64,000 bases of DNA, taken from NCBI GenBank assembly GCA_045863235.1, contig BTUM01000033.1:14909-78908 (forward strand), read 5' to 3'. The notes beneath the pieces were generated by a model. The model worked only from the letters and a program-made list of their open reading frames with translations. It was not told the DNA's origin and did no database searches. How positions within the stretch are numbered: position 1 is the first letter of the stretch; each line of letters starts with the position of its first letter. A program made the position numbers and the translations under genes. This document shows positions 48,461-57,273 of this stretch, one piece after another. This DNA comes from Candidatus Xenobia bacterium (GTDB taxonomy: Bacteria; Vulcanimicrobiota; Xenobia; Xenobiales; QWHO01).

Positions 48461-49456
48461 ATGCCAAAGTACAGTTACAAAGCGGTCGACTCGCGAGGTA
48501 GCGTGAAATCGGGGGTCCTGGAGGCCGCCGACCGGGCTCAAGCAGAGCGAGACCTGGTCTCCTCCGAGCTCAAGATCCAACATCTGGAGATGATGCGCGA
48601 CTCCAAGTCCGGCCAATCGCTGGAAACCCAACAGATGAGGCGTCCCGAGGGGCTAACCAGACCTAATCCCACCGCCAAGACCAGGCCCGAGCCACCCTCA
48701 GGCGCCATGCCTCGAACCGAGCCCGCCACACCTCGACCCGAGCCGCCTGCCCAGGCCCCGGCCAGGAGCAAGAGCGAGACTCCCTCCGGCGTCACCCAGC
48801 GCCCTCGGACAGAAGCTCCTCCCTCGGGAGAGACCCCTCGCCCCGGGCGACAGGGCACCAACCTGTCGCCCACCGCGCCAGCCCGCCCGGTGGGCAGTCC
48901 TGCCAACACCCTGGCCCCTCCGACATCCCGGCCGGCCGAGCCGGCAGCAGGCTCCCTGGCTCCACCCGCCGCTCCAGCTCGGGCTCTCGAGCCCGCTCCC
49001 CCGGCAGAGGCTCCCCCGCCGCCCCACGAGGTCCAGCTGGCTCGACCCTTGCTGGCTCTGGCCATGTGCGCTCTGCTGCTGGTCTATCTTGGTTGGGCAG
49101 CATTCATCGCCCCTCCCTCCGTCCAGCAGTCGGTGGCCGAAGTTCGACGTCATCCAGTGCTGATCAGCGGCAGCCTGCCCGAGCTCCCCCCCCAGGCCAC
49201 GGTGATCTTCAGCTTCCCGGACGTTTCGGTGGTGATCGAAAAGCCGCTCTCCGAGCTGCATCCTTCCACGGACGGGAGATTCTCGATCAACCTGGAGGTG
49301 GCTTCGGCGCAGTCGCCTCAGACCTTTGAGATCAGAACTCGCTGCCCGGGCCAGCCGGACCTGCGCTCGCGAAGCCTGAGCCTCAGCCTTTCTGGCGAAG
49401 CCGAGCTATCGGGTCGTCTGACCGGCGAGCTGACGCCTGAGAAAAAGCAGCTTTAA
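48461..49456 (+). CDS. bitopic protein with PilC/GspF-type N-terminal domain
   Basis: MPKYSYKAVDSRGSVKSGVLEAADRAQA; Pro-rich linker; one TM. Confidence 0.7.
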   Translation: MPKYSYKAVDSRGSVKSGVLEAADRAQAERDLVSSELKIQHLEMMRDSKSGQSLETQQMRRPEGLTRPNPTAKTRPEPPSGAMPRTEPATPRPEPPAQAPARSKSETPSGVTQRPRTEAPPSGETPRPGRQGTNLSPTAPARPVGSPANTLAPPTSRPAEPAAGSLAPPAAPARALEPAPPAEAPPPPHEVQLARPLLALAMCALLLVYLGWAAFIAPPSVQQSVAEVRRHPVLISGSLPELPPQATVIFSFPDVSVVIEKPLSELHPSTDGRFSINLEVASAQSPQTFEIRTRCPGQPDLRSRSLSLSLSGEAELSGRLTGELTPEKKQL

Positions 49457-49800
49457 CGGCAGAGGGCGGCGTAGACCCCGGCCAGGGCCCCCACCAGCGC
49501 CATCGCGCCCATGATCTCGATCCCGCTCAGCCAGCCACCCACGTAGGCCCCGCCCACCAGGCCCAGGGCTCCTCCGATGAGAGTGGCGCTGGTCCCGGCC
49601 AGGAAAAGCCCCCGCTCACTGGCGTGAACCGCCCGCTCGGCCACCTGATCGCTGACCGAGAAACCCAGGAATGCCCCTCCAAGGAGCCCGATGAGCCCTC
49701 CGGCGGCCCCCGCCAGAATGCCTGTGGTCCAGCCCGAGAAAAGGCCCATCAACATGCCAAGCAGCACCAGCCCGGCAGTCTGCAGAATGAACTTTCGCAT
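49453..49800 (-). CDS. small Gly-rich membrane protein
   Basis: glycine-zipper-like TM segments. Confidence 0.65.
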   Translation of the reverse strand: MRKFILQTAGLVLLGMLMGLFSGWTTGILAGAAGGLIGLLGGAFLGFSVSDQVAERAVHASERGLFLAGTSATLIGGALGLVGGAYVGGWLSGIEIMGAMALVGALAGVYAALCR

Positions 49801-49845
49801 GGGGCCCGAGAATTCTGCTCTCGAGCTGAATCCCCTGCAGGGCCG

Positions 49846-50814
49846 TCAGCTCCACGCCCTGCTGCTGGGGCTTCGCCCCAGAATGGCGTCCATCACGCGC
49901 TCGGTGCGTAGAGCGCTATGGCCCGTGGACGGGCACTCACCCTCCCCCCGCAGAGCCGACAGGACGGTGGCCAGCAAAGGCTCCTGGACACAGGTTACGG
50001 ACTCGGCCACAAACTCCTCGCCGGTGGAAAGACGCACAGGGTCGGGCCGGAAACAGGAGAAGCTGAGCCTGGCGCGGCTGCCGACGATCTCCACCCGGTC
50101 GCGCTGATCCTCCGGACGAGCATTGAAGCACCACACTCCCGTTCCAAGCGCTCCGTTGGAGAAGACCAGCTCAGCGGTCACCAGGTCTTCGGCCGGGTAC
50201 ATTCCCGCCTGCCAGGCGGGGGTGCCCCGAGCGCGGGTGATGGGCCCGAGCAGGAAGTCCAGCAGGTCGAGCACGTGCGAACCCAGGTCGACGAAGTAGC
50301 CACCTCCCGAGAGCTCGGGCTGCACGCGCCAGGCATCCGGTCCTTCGGGGTCGGGGCCGCGCACCAGCTCGCACAACACGAACCGAACCTCGCCGATACG
50401 CGAGAGCCACTCGCGCACCTTCAGGAAGGCCGGCAAGCAGCGTCGATAATAGGCCACGAAAAGCGGTTGACCGGTTGCGCGCGAGACCTCCAGCATCTGC
50501 TCGGCCTCGAGGGCGTTGAGGGCCATTGGTTTCTCCACGTAAACGGGTTTGCCGGCTTGCATGGCCAGGATGGCGTAGCGGGCGTGAGAATCCGGTGGCG
50601 TGGCCACGTAAACGGCGCTGACCTCGGGGTCGGCCAGCAGCTCCTGGGCGCTGGAATAGCTGCGCAGAGCGCCGTGGCGGCGAGCAAAGTCGGCCGCCAG
50701 AGCCCCGTCGCGACGCATCACCGCCACCAGCCGGCTGCCTGGCAGTCGGGAGAAGGCCGGACCGCTCTTGGTCTCGGCCACCGCGCCACAACCGATGATG
50801 CCCCAGCCGATCAC
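49846..50814 (-). CDS. Gfo/Idh/MocA oxidoreductase
   Basis: GIIGCG, VYVATPP, VEKPMA, DLGSH. Confidence 0.92.
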   Translation of the reverse strand: MIGWGIIGCGAVAETKSGPAFSRLPGSRLVAVMRRDGALAADFARRHGALRSYSSAQELLADPEVSAVYVATPPDSHARYAILAMQAGKPVYVEKPMALNALEAEQMLEVSRATGQPLFVAYYRRCLPAFLKVREWLSRIGEVRFVLCELVRGPDPEGPDAWRVQPELSGGGYFVDLGSHVLDLLDFLLGPITRARGTPAWQAGMYPAEDLVTAELVFSNGALGTGVWCFNARPEDQRDRVEIVGSRARLSFSCFRPDPVRLSTGEEFVAESVTCVQEPLLATVLSALRGEGECPSTGHSALRTERVMDAILGRSPSSRAWS

Positions 50815-51251
50815 CTTCGACGCGAGGCTTCGTAGGCGGCCAGAAAGCCATCCACGGTCACCTGTTTGAGCTCGCCGGAAATGGCCTCGAGGGCCAGGTC
50901 CTCCAGTTTCTTGAAACGCAGACAGGCTTTGCCCATGTCCAGCTTCTTGCCGACCTTCAGGTAGGCCGCCTCAAAGCGCTGGCGCTGCTCGGGGGCGGAG
51001 TAAAGGCACATGAGATAGAGTGCCATATGATTTTTCTGCGAGCCCAGGTTGACGACGGTAAGGGGCTGTCCGTTGTAGGTCTTGGGATAGCGCTCGAGGG
51101 GCACGAACCAGCCGATCATGCCATACTGAAGCCCCTCCTCAAAGCCCGGGTCCAGACTCTCGCGCACCAGTTCTCGCACCCTGAGCAAGGTGGCCCTGCG
51201 CTCCGAGGGAACCGAGTCCAGATAGTCCTCGACCGTCTCCACCCCGGCCAC
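50811..51251 (-). CDS. DUF1801 family protein
   Basis: VEDYL, YGMIGW.VP, SQKNHMALY, DMGKACLRFKK. Confidence 0.85.
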   Translation of the reverse strand: MAGVETVEDYLDSVPSERRATLLRVRELVRESLDPGFEEGLQYGMIGWFVPLERYPKTYNGQPLTVVNLGSQKNHMALYLMCLYSAPEQRQRFEAAYLKVGKKLDMGKACLRFKKLEDLALEAISGELKQVTVDGFLAAYEASRRR

Positions 51252-51279
51252 TTCCGGGCCACTTCGCCTACTCCTCCGG

Positions 51280-51310
51280 AAAAAGAAGAGGGGCGCGACA
51301 CTGGCGCCCT
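51280..51310 (-). terminator. intrinsic terminator-like hairpin
   Basis: minus strand AGGGCGC-CAGTGTC-GCGCCCCT-CTTCTTTT. Confidence 0.55.
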
Positions 51311-51389
51311 ACGTAACCTTGAATACCGTCCTGAGTTCAGGATAGCAGCACGAGTTTGGACGATCGTTTGGAAAAGGGCCCTGCGGAGG

Positions 51390-52739
51390 TTAAACTTCTT
51401 CGCTCGGGCCAGAGGGCTCGGGCTCACTCTTCTCAGAGGGCTCCTTCTCGCTGGACTCGAGCGGCTCTTGAGGGCCCGGTCGATCGGCTTCACGCCGATC
51501 CACCAGGAAGCCCGACTTGGGCTGGGCCTTGAGGTAGGTCAGAATCTCCTGGAAGATCGCTCCGATCTGCACCGGATGAATGAGCGGCCGCTTGAGATTG
51601 GTGGCCACGGCGACATGCAGGCGCATCAAGGGAACCTGCTCGAAATCTCCGGCCCGAGTTTTGCCGGTGATCTGGCCTCGTTTGCGGTCTTCGGGCTTGT
51701 AGAAATCCTGAATCTCTCGCTCGAAGCGGTCGAGCAGGGTGTGGCACAGCGGCTCGACTTTGTCGGGAGCGACGACGAAGGCAAAGCGGTCCGCCTCGAG
51801 ATGGACCAGCAAGTGCTCGCGATAGGTGTGCTCTCCCAGCGCATTCTGCAAGAGCACGGCCAGTTGTCGAATGACCATGTCACCGCGCTCGATCCCGTAA
51901 CGACGGGTAAACGAGCCAAAGAAACTGAGATCGACCAGACCGGCGGCAAAAGGCGTGGCCGCGTCGATGCGTTCGAACAAGACTCGTTGCAGTGTGGGCG
52001 GGCCAGGCAGGCCGGTGAGAGGCTGCAGATCGGCTGAAGGAGAGGGTTCCGTGCTCGGCCGCTCACAAAGCAGGTCGATGGCCCCGGCGATGTCGAGCTG
52101 CTCTCGGAGCACCAGGTCGGGGGGCTCGGGCTTCTCGCCCTCGGCCCGGCGACGCGCGTAGTCGGCCAGTTGCACCCAGGGCCGCGCCAGCCAGGGAGCC
52201 ATCAGCGCCGAGACCAAAAGGGCGGCCAGAGCCACCGCAAAACAGCCGGTCCACAGACCGAGTCGGGCCCGTATGAGCAGTGGAGCCGACTCCTCCACCG
52301 GCAGCACGATGCCGACCAGCCAGGGCGTGTCGATCACCGGGGCAAAGGCGACATAGCGACGGGTCTGCTCGTGGCCGAGTAAACCCAAAGAGCCGGCCGG
52401 GTTGGCCGTCAGAAAACCCGGAATCTGGGCCTGGTCGGCCAGCACGAAGAGGCTCTTGTAGAGGCGTTCGCGCTCGGTATGAAACAGGTCAGCCCCACCG
52501 GCCCGGGCCAGAATCGCGTAGCCGTCGCGACCCAGGCGGTAGTCGCGAAGCTCGCTCTTGAGCTGCTCTTCGTTGGCCCTGGCCGGAGTGCGCAGCAAGA
52601 GGTCGCGCAGCTCGCGCGCAACCTGCTCGCGGTAAAAACCGTCGAAGCTCTGTTGGAGCACCGTGTCGGCGGTCATCCAGAGGCAACCCGACAGGAGCAG
52701 GCTGGTTACGGCCAGGAGGAAGAACTGCTGGAAGCGCAA
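51390..52739 (-). CDS. Cache-like sensor + degenerate GGDEF protein
   Basis: PLTGLPG, YGIERGD, HLEADRF in place of GGDEF. Confidence 0.75.
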   Translation of the reverse strand: MRFQQFFLLAVTSLLLSGCLWMTADTVLQQSFDGFYREQVARELRDLLLRTPARANEEQLKSELRDYRLGRDGYAILARAGGADLFHTERERLYKSLFVLADQAQIPGFLTANPAGSLGLLGHEQTRRYVAFAPVIDTPWLVGIVLPVEESAPLLIRARLGLWTGCFAVALAALLVSALMAPWLARPWVQLADYARRRAEGEKPEPPDLVLREQLDIAGAIDLLCERPSTEPSPSADLQPLTGLPGPPTLQRVLFERIDAATPFAAGLVDLSFFGSFTRRYGIERGDMVIRQLAVLLQNALGEHTYREHLLVHLEADRFAFVVAPDKVEPLCHTLLDRFEREIQDFYKPEDRKRGQITGKTRAGDFEQVPLMRLHVAVATNLKRPLIHPVQIGAIFQEILTYLKAQPKSGFLVDRREADRPGPQEPLESSEKEPSEKSEPEPSGPSEEV

Positions 52740-52740
52740 G

Positions 52741-53244
52741 TCAGGGCATCAAGAAGGGCTGATCGAGCGTTTTGGGTGAGTCGAGCGAGGACTGGGGCGC
52801 CAGCGGGCCAGGGCCGGTCGGAGCGGGAGCCGCGCTGGCGGCCACTGGCTGACCCACCTCGCCCTTCTTCTCACCGAGTCGCACCGTGAATGGGTATTCC
52901 ATGACCACTTCGTCGCCCAGGCTGACGCGAATCCAGTGGCTGCCCTGCTTCTCTACCACCAGCTGGAACTGGAAGACCGACAGGAAGGGCTTGGTGGTCG
53001 AGTCGAGCGTAAACTCTCGCTTCTGGGTATCGAGCAGAACGTTGCGCTCAGGATCGAGCACCTGCACCGACTGCTCGAAGCGTCCCTGGCCCATGCACCA
53101 GCCGTTGCAGACCCGGAACTCGAGCGGGGCGGGCAGCTCTCCGAAGGGCAGGTCGTAGAAGAGGTAGAGCAGACAGGGAATGTCGTTGGGCTCTTCATAA
53201 CCCAGACAGGACACAGAGAATTGTAACTTAGGCTTCTGCGACAC
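52741..53244 (-). CDS. conserved hypothetical protein (DUF6941-like beta sandwich)
   Basis: GAGGAG RBS; NGWCMGQGRF...EYPFTV. Confidence 0.6.
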   Translation of the reverse strand: MSQKPKLQFSVSCLGYEEPNDIPCLLYLFYDLPFGELPAPLEFRVCNGWCMGQGRFEQSVQVLDPERNVLLDTQKREFTLDSTTKPFLSVFQFQLVVEKQGSHWIRVSLGDEVVMEYPFTVRLGEKKGEVGQPVAASAAPAPTGPGPLAPQSSLDSPKTLDQPFLMP

Positions 53245-53254
53245 GGCTTCTCCT

Positions 53255-53551
53255 CTATTCTTGCCCGAAAAGCCGTTCTTCAAGCTGACTCAGGCTCAAA
53301 GAACTCACGGCCACGATTTTCAAGCGAGATTTGTCTCCTACCCGGATGCTCACCTGATTGGAGCGAAGACCCAGGCGCCTGGCCAGGAACTCCTTGAGGG
53401 CCTGGTTGGCCTTCCCCTCAACCGGGGGCGCCGTCAGACGAACCTGTAGAGCTCCCTGGCTCACCCCCACGATCTCCGAGGTCTTCGAGCGCGGGGTCAC
53501 CTTCACCCGGAAGGAGAGCTCCGCTTCGCTGGCCTGAACCTGTAACTCCAT
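53255..53551 (-). CDS. DUF167/YggU family protein
   Basis: VKVTPRS, APPVEGKAN, GDKSRLK. Confidence 0.9.
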   Translation of the reverse strand: MELQVQASEAELSFRVKVTPRSKTSEIVGVSQGALQVRLTAPPVEGKANQALKEFLARRLGLRSNQVSIRVGDKSRLKIVAVSSLSLSQLEERLFGQE

Positions 53552-54245
53552 CGGGCGGCTCCAGCTCCGTCTCGAGCAGCGACATGGCTGCTCGGGCGGC
53601 TTCCTGGGCTGCTTCCCGCTTGGAAGGCCCGGTTCCTTCACCCACAACGCGGCCCTCAAACTCAACCTGGACGCGGAACAGAGGCCGATGAGGAGGCCCC
53701 GAGGAATCTGCCAGAAGGTACTGAGGCGCGGCTCGACGATAACGCGCAGTCAGCTCTTGAAGCAGGCTCTTGTAGTCACGCGAGAACGAGTCGTCGTCCT
53801 TGTCCTCGCCCAGAAAATGCAGGACCAGCTGCGAGGCAGCCTCCAAGCCCCCATCCAGAAAAACTGCCCCCACCAGGGCCTCGAGAAGGTCAGCCTGAAG
53901 GTTCTGGCGCTCGCGTCCCCCCGAGCTCTCCTCCCCCCGACCGAGCCGGACGTAGCTCCCGAGCCCGAAGTGGGCGGCCCGATTGGCCAGATTGCGGGTG
54001 CTGACCAGGTGGGCCCGCAGCTGGGTCAACATCCCCTCGCTCAGGTGGCTGTGACGGGTGAACAGATAGTTGCTGACCACCAACTCGAGCACCGCATCTC
54101 CCAGAAACTCGAGCCGCTCGTTGGACTCGGGCAAGCCCTGCTCGTTGGCATGGGACTCGTGCAGCAAAGCCAGCTCAAGCAGACCAGGGTCGCGGAAGCG
54201 ATACTGCAGGACCCCTTGCAGCGCTTCGAGAGAGTTATCCTTCAA
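53418..54245 (-). CDS. rnc: ribonuclease III
   Basis: NERLEFLGDAVL, ADLLEALVGA, dsRBD DYKSLLQE..GPSKREA. Confidence 0.96.
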   Translation of the reverse strand: MKDNSLEALQGVLQYRFRDPGLLELALLHESHANEQGLPESNERLEFLGDAVLELVVSNYLFTRHSHLSEGMLTQLRAHLVSTRNLANRAAHFGLGSYVRLGRGEESSGGRERQNLQADLLEALVGAVFLDGGLEAASQLVLHFLGEDKDDDSFSRDYKSLLQELTARYRRAAPQYLLADSSGPPHRPLFRVQVEFEGRVVGEGTGPSKREAAQEAARAAMSLLETELEPPDGVTGSGQRSGALLPGEGDPALEDLGDRGGEPGSSTGSSDGAPG

Positions 54246-55500
54246 TACCGTTGAGTTTGTTCACCACGATCACGGCGTTGTGGCCGCCGAACCCGAAGGT
54301 GTTGTTGAGAGCCACCTTCACCGTGGCTTCGCGGGCCACGTTGGGAACGTAGTCAAGATCGCACTCGGGGTCGGGATACTCGTAGTTGATGGTGGGGGGG
54401 ATGCGGTCGTTGTGCACAGCCAGCACGCAGACCACAGTCTCGAGAGCCCCCGCAGCCCCCAGCGTGTGTCCTATCATAGACTTGGAAGAACTGACCGGCA
54501 CCTTGTAAGCGTAATCGCCAAAGAGCTTCTTGATGGCCCGGGTCTCGCAGGGATCGCCTACCGGGGTGGAGGTGCCGTGAGCATTGATGTAATCGACCTG
54601 ATCGGGGCGCAGGCCGGCATCGTCCAGGGCGCTCTTCATGGCCCGGGCGGCGCCGTCGCCGTTGGGATCGGGATTGGTGATGTGATAGGCGTCAGCGGTC
54701 GCGCCATAGCCTCCGATCTCGGCATAGATGCGAGCCCCCCGAGCTCGAGCGTGCTCGTATTCCTCCAGCACCAGGATGCCGGCCCCCTCTCCCATCACGA
54801 AGCCGTCTCGCTCGCGGTCGAAGGGGCGAGAGGCATGATGCGGGTCATCATTGCGAGTCGAAAGGGCGCGCATGGAGCAAAAGCCAGCCACCGAGAGAGG
54901 CGTGACCGCGGCTTCCGTGCCACCGGCCAGCATGACACGGGCGCGACCGGTGCGAATCACGTCGATGGCGCAGGCGATGCAATTTCCGCCCGTGGCGCAA
55001 GCCGACACCACCGCGAAATTGGGGCCCTTGAGGCCGAACTGGATGCTGACCTGGCCGCTGACCATGTTGGGGATCATCATGGGGATGAAGAGAGGGGTGA
55101 CCTTGTTGGGCCCTTGCTCGACCAGGGTGCGATGCCAGGTCTCGAAGGTGTGCATCCCTCCAATGCCCGACCCGATAGAAGCCCCAACCTGATCGGCATT
55201 TTCTTCAGTGATGCTCAGCGCGGCGTCTTCCAGAGCCATCTTGGAGGCTGCCACGCTGAACTGGATCACCCGATCCATCCGCTTGGCTTCCTTCTTGTTG
55301 ATGAAGTCCTCCGGATTGAAATCGTTGACCTGGGCCGCAAACTTCGTGGTATAAGCGGTGGTGTCGAAGCCGGTGATGGCCGACACCCCGCTTCTCCCCT
55401 CCAGGAGTCCGTTCCAAAAGTCCTGGTGGCCAAGGCCTAGAGGCGTGACGCAACCGAGTCCGGTCACCACGACGCGAGTTTTCTGGTTGTGGGTGCTCAT
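54235..55500 (-). CDS. fabF: beta-ketoacyl-ACP synthase II
   Basis: RVVVTGLG, SACATG, NAHGTST, GHTLGAAG, FGFGGHN. Confidence 0.97.
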   Translation of the reverse strand: MSTHNQKTRVVVTGLGCVTPLGLGHQDFWNGLLEGRSGVSAITGFDTTAYTTKFAAQVNDFNPEDFINKKEAKRMDRVIQFSVAASKMALEDAALSITEENADQVGASIGSGIGGMHTFETWHRTLVEQGPNKVTPLFIPMMIPNMVSGQVSIQFGLKGPNFAVVSACATGGNCIACAIDVIRTGRARVMLAGGTEAAVTPLSVAGFCSMRALSTRNDDPHHASRPFDRERDGFVMGEGAGILVLEEYEHARARGARIYAEIGGYGATADAYHITNPDPNGDGAARAMKSALDDAGLRPDQVDYINAHGTSTPVGDPCETRAIKKLFGDYAYKVPVSSSKSMIGHTLGAAGALETVVCVLAVHNDRIPPTINYEYPDPECDLDYVPNVAREATVKVALNNTFGFGGHNAVIVVNKLNGIEG

Positions 55501-55562
55501 ATCGCCGGCAAGCGTTCTACGCTCTGGAGGAGCTTCCTTCGCGGGAATGAAAGCCCAGTTCT

Positions 55563-56492
55563 ATGCGATTGTGGCTCTTTTTGCTTCTGGCCCTGCCCCT
55601 CCTGGCCCAGCCCCAGCTCTCGGTCACCCCGGAGGATGGAGCGGTGATCACCGAGAGCCGGCCTCTGATCACGGTCAGTCTCCCTGCTGGCGTGGATCAT
55701 GGCTCGGCCCGGCTGTGGGTGGGCAAGCAAGAGCTGACCTTCAACTGCCTGCGCACCCCCACATTCGTCAGTGGGCGTCCCCTGGATGAGCTCAAGAACG
55801 GCAAGGTCGAGGCGCGTTTCTGGGCCAAGACCGCGGACGGAGTTCCGGTAGAGCGGCGCTGGAGCTTCCAGGTGAAGAGCGATCAAGGCATCAGCAGCAT
55901 CACCCACAGCGGGGCAGAATCCATGGCCGAGTTCGACACCCTGACAGTGGACATGATGGGCGCATCAGGAGGCAAGGGCTGGTTTGAGATCGAGGGGGTG
56001 AAAGGAAGCCACCCCATGCAAGAGGTCGCTCCCGGACACTACCGAGGGAGCTACCTGGTGCAGCCGGGACACACTCGCATGCAGATGAGCGTGATCGGCT
56101 ATCTCGAGGTCGGCAAGAGGCTGGACAAGATGACGGCCGAGAAACCCGTGCGCTTTTTTGCCAACATCTTTCGCGTCAAGATCCTGTCTCCCGAGTCAGG
56201 CACCCAGCTGAACTCGAGCAGTTTTACCGTGAAAGGTCGCACCCGGCCGAACTCCACGGTTGTGGCCTACATCCGGGTGGCTTTCAATGAGAATACGGCC
56301 CCACCGTCCACCACGGCGACCACCGAGGGAGAGGGCGGAACCGAGAAGGGACAGGCCGACGCCCAGGGCTTCTTCGAGGTGCACTATGAAGTGCCGGTCA
56401 CATTCCCCAATATGTGGGTCATCATGAGCATCTTTGCGGTCGATGAAGAGGGAAACCGCTCGGTTCCGGCCATCGTGCGATACCAGCTCTAA
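55563..56492 (+). CDS. exported Ig-like/beta-rich hypothetical protein
   Basis: Sec signal; PGHYRGSY, VKGRTRP, AVDEEGN. Confidence 0.72.
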   Translation: MRLWLFLLLALPLLAQPQLSVTPEDGAVITESRPLITVSLPAGVDHGSARLWVGKQELTFNCLRTPTFVSGRPLDELKNGKVEARFWAKTADGVPVERRWSFQVKSDQGISSITHSGAESMAEFDTLTVDMMGASGGKGWFEIEGVKGSHPMQEVAPGHYRGSYLVQPGHTRMQMSVIGYLEVGKRLDKMTAEKPVRFFANIFRVKILSPESGTQLNSSSFTVKGRTRPNSTVVAYIRVAFNENTAPPSTTATTEGEGGTEKGQADAQGFFEVHYEVPVTFPNMWVIMSIFAVDEEGNRSVPAIVRYQL

Positions 56493-57211
56493 GTTTTCTT
56501 CTTCCCTTTGACCATCAAGAGCAGCGTGTTGACGATGGTACGCCGCACGTTCATCTTGGTGGCCCCGGCTTTGCGGTCGTAGCGCAGCACGAAGGGAACC
56601 TCGGTGAACCGGAGCTTGAGCTGCCGGAGCTTGAGCAGAGTGTCCACCATGCACTCGAATCCGTCCCGGTCCACCAGACCAGGTCCATAGCAGGCCAGGG
56701 CCTTCTGCAAAGCCTCGGCCCGATAGGCACGGAAGCCGCAGGTGAAGTCGCGCACACCCGAGATGGGATAGAAGAGCTGAAACAGCCAGGAGGCTCCCCA
56801 ACTGTAGAGTCGGCGTGACCAGGACACACCCACCACCCGCGAGCCGAGGCGGAAGCGGGAGGCGATAACCACGTCGTAGCCATCCTCCAGCTTGCGTTGC
56901 ATGGCCAGGATCCGCGAGGGGGGATGGGTATCGTCGGCATCCAGCACCACCACGGTATCCCCGGGTTTGGCCAGCGAGCCGGCGTGCACCAGCCCGTCGC
57001 GCACGGTCGCTCCCAACCCCATGTTCTGAGGATGCTGCAAAAGTTCGGCCCCCCGCGAGCGGGCCACCGCGGCAGTGGCGTCATGGCTGCCATCATCCAC
57101 CACGATCACGTGGTAGTCGATGTCCGAGAGGGCCAGCTCGAGCTTGTCGAGCAGGGCCGCCAGGCCCGCCTCCTCGTTATAGGCCGGCAAAACGACGAAG
57201 GTGCGGGGCAT
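56489..57211 (-). CDS. GT2 glycosyltransferase (DPM1-like)
   Basis: LPAYNE, VDDGS, DAD, ASRF, DFTCGFRAY. Confidence 0.92.
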   Translation of the reverse strand: MPRTFVVLPAYNEEAGLAALLDKLELALSDIDYHVIVVDDGSHDATAAVARSRGAELLQHPQNMGLGATVRDGLVHAGSLAKPGDTVVVLDADDTHPPSRILAMQRKLEDGYDVVIASRFRLGSRVVGVSWSRRLYSWGASWLFQLFYPISGVRDFTCGFRAYRAEALQKALACYGPGLVDRDGFECMVDTLLKLRQLKLRFTEVPFVLRYDRKAGATKMNVRRTIVNTLLLMVKGKKKT

Positions 57212-57273
57212 CGGCCAGGATTCCCCCCACCGCCTTTCAACCCTTTTTCAGACTTCCCGCTTAGAGTAAAGGC

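Noticed and set aside
51280..51350. Riboswitch or sRNA upstream of the DUF1801 gene
   Set aside because: No match to any aptamer consensus I recognise; reported only as a terminator-like hairpin.
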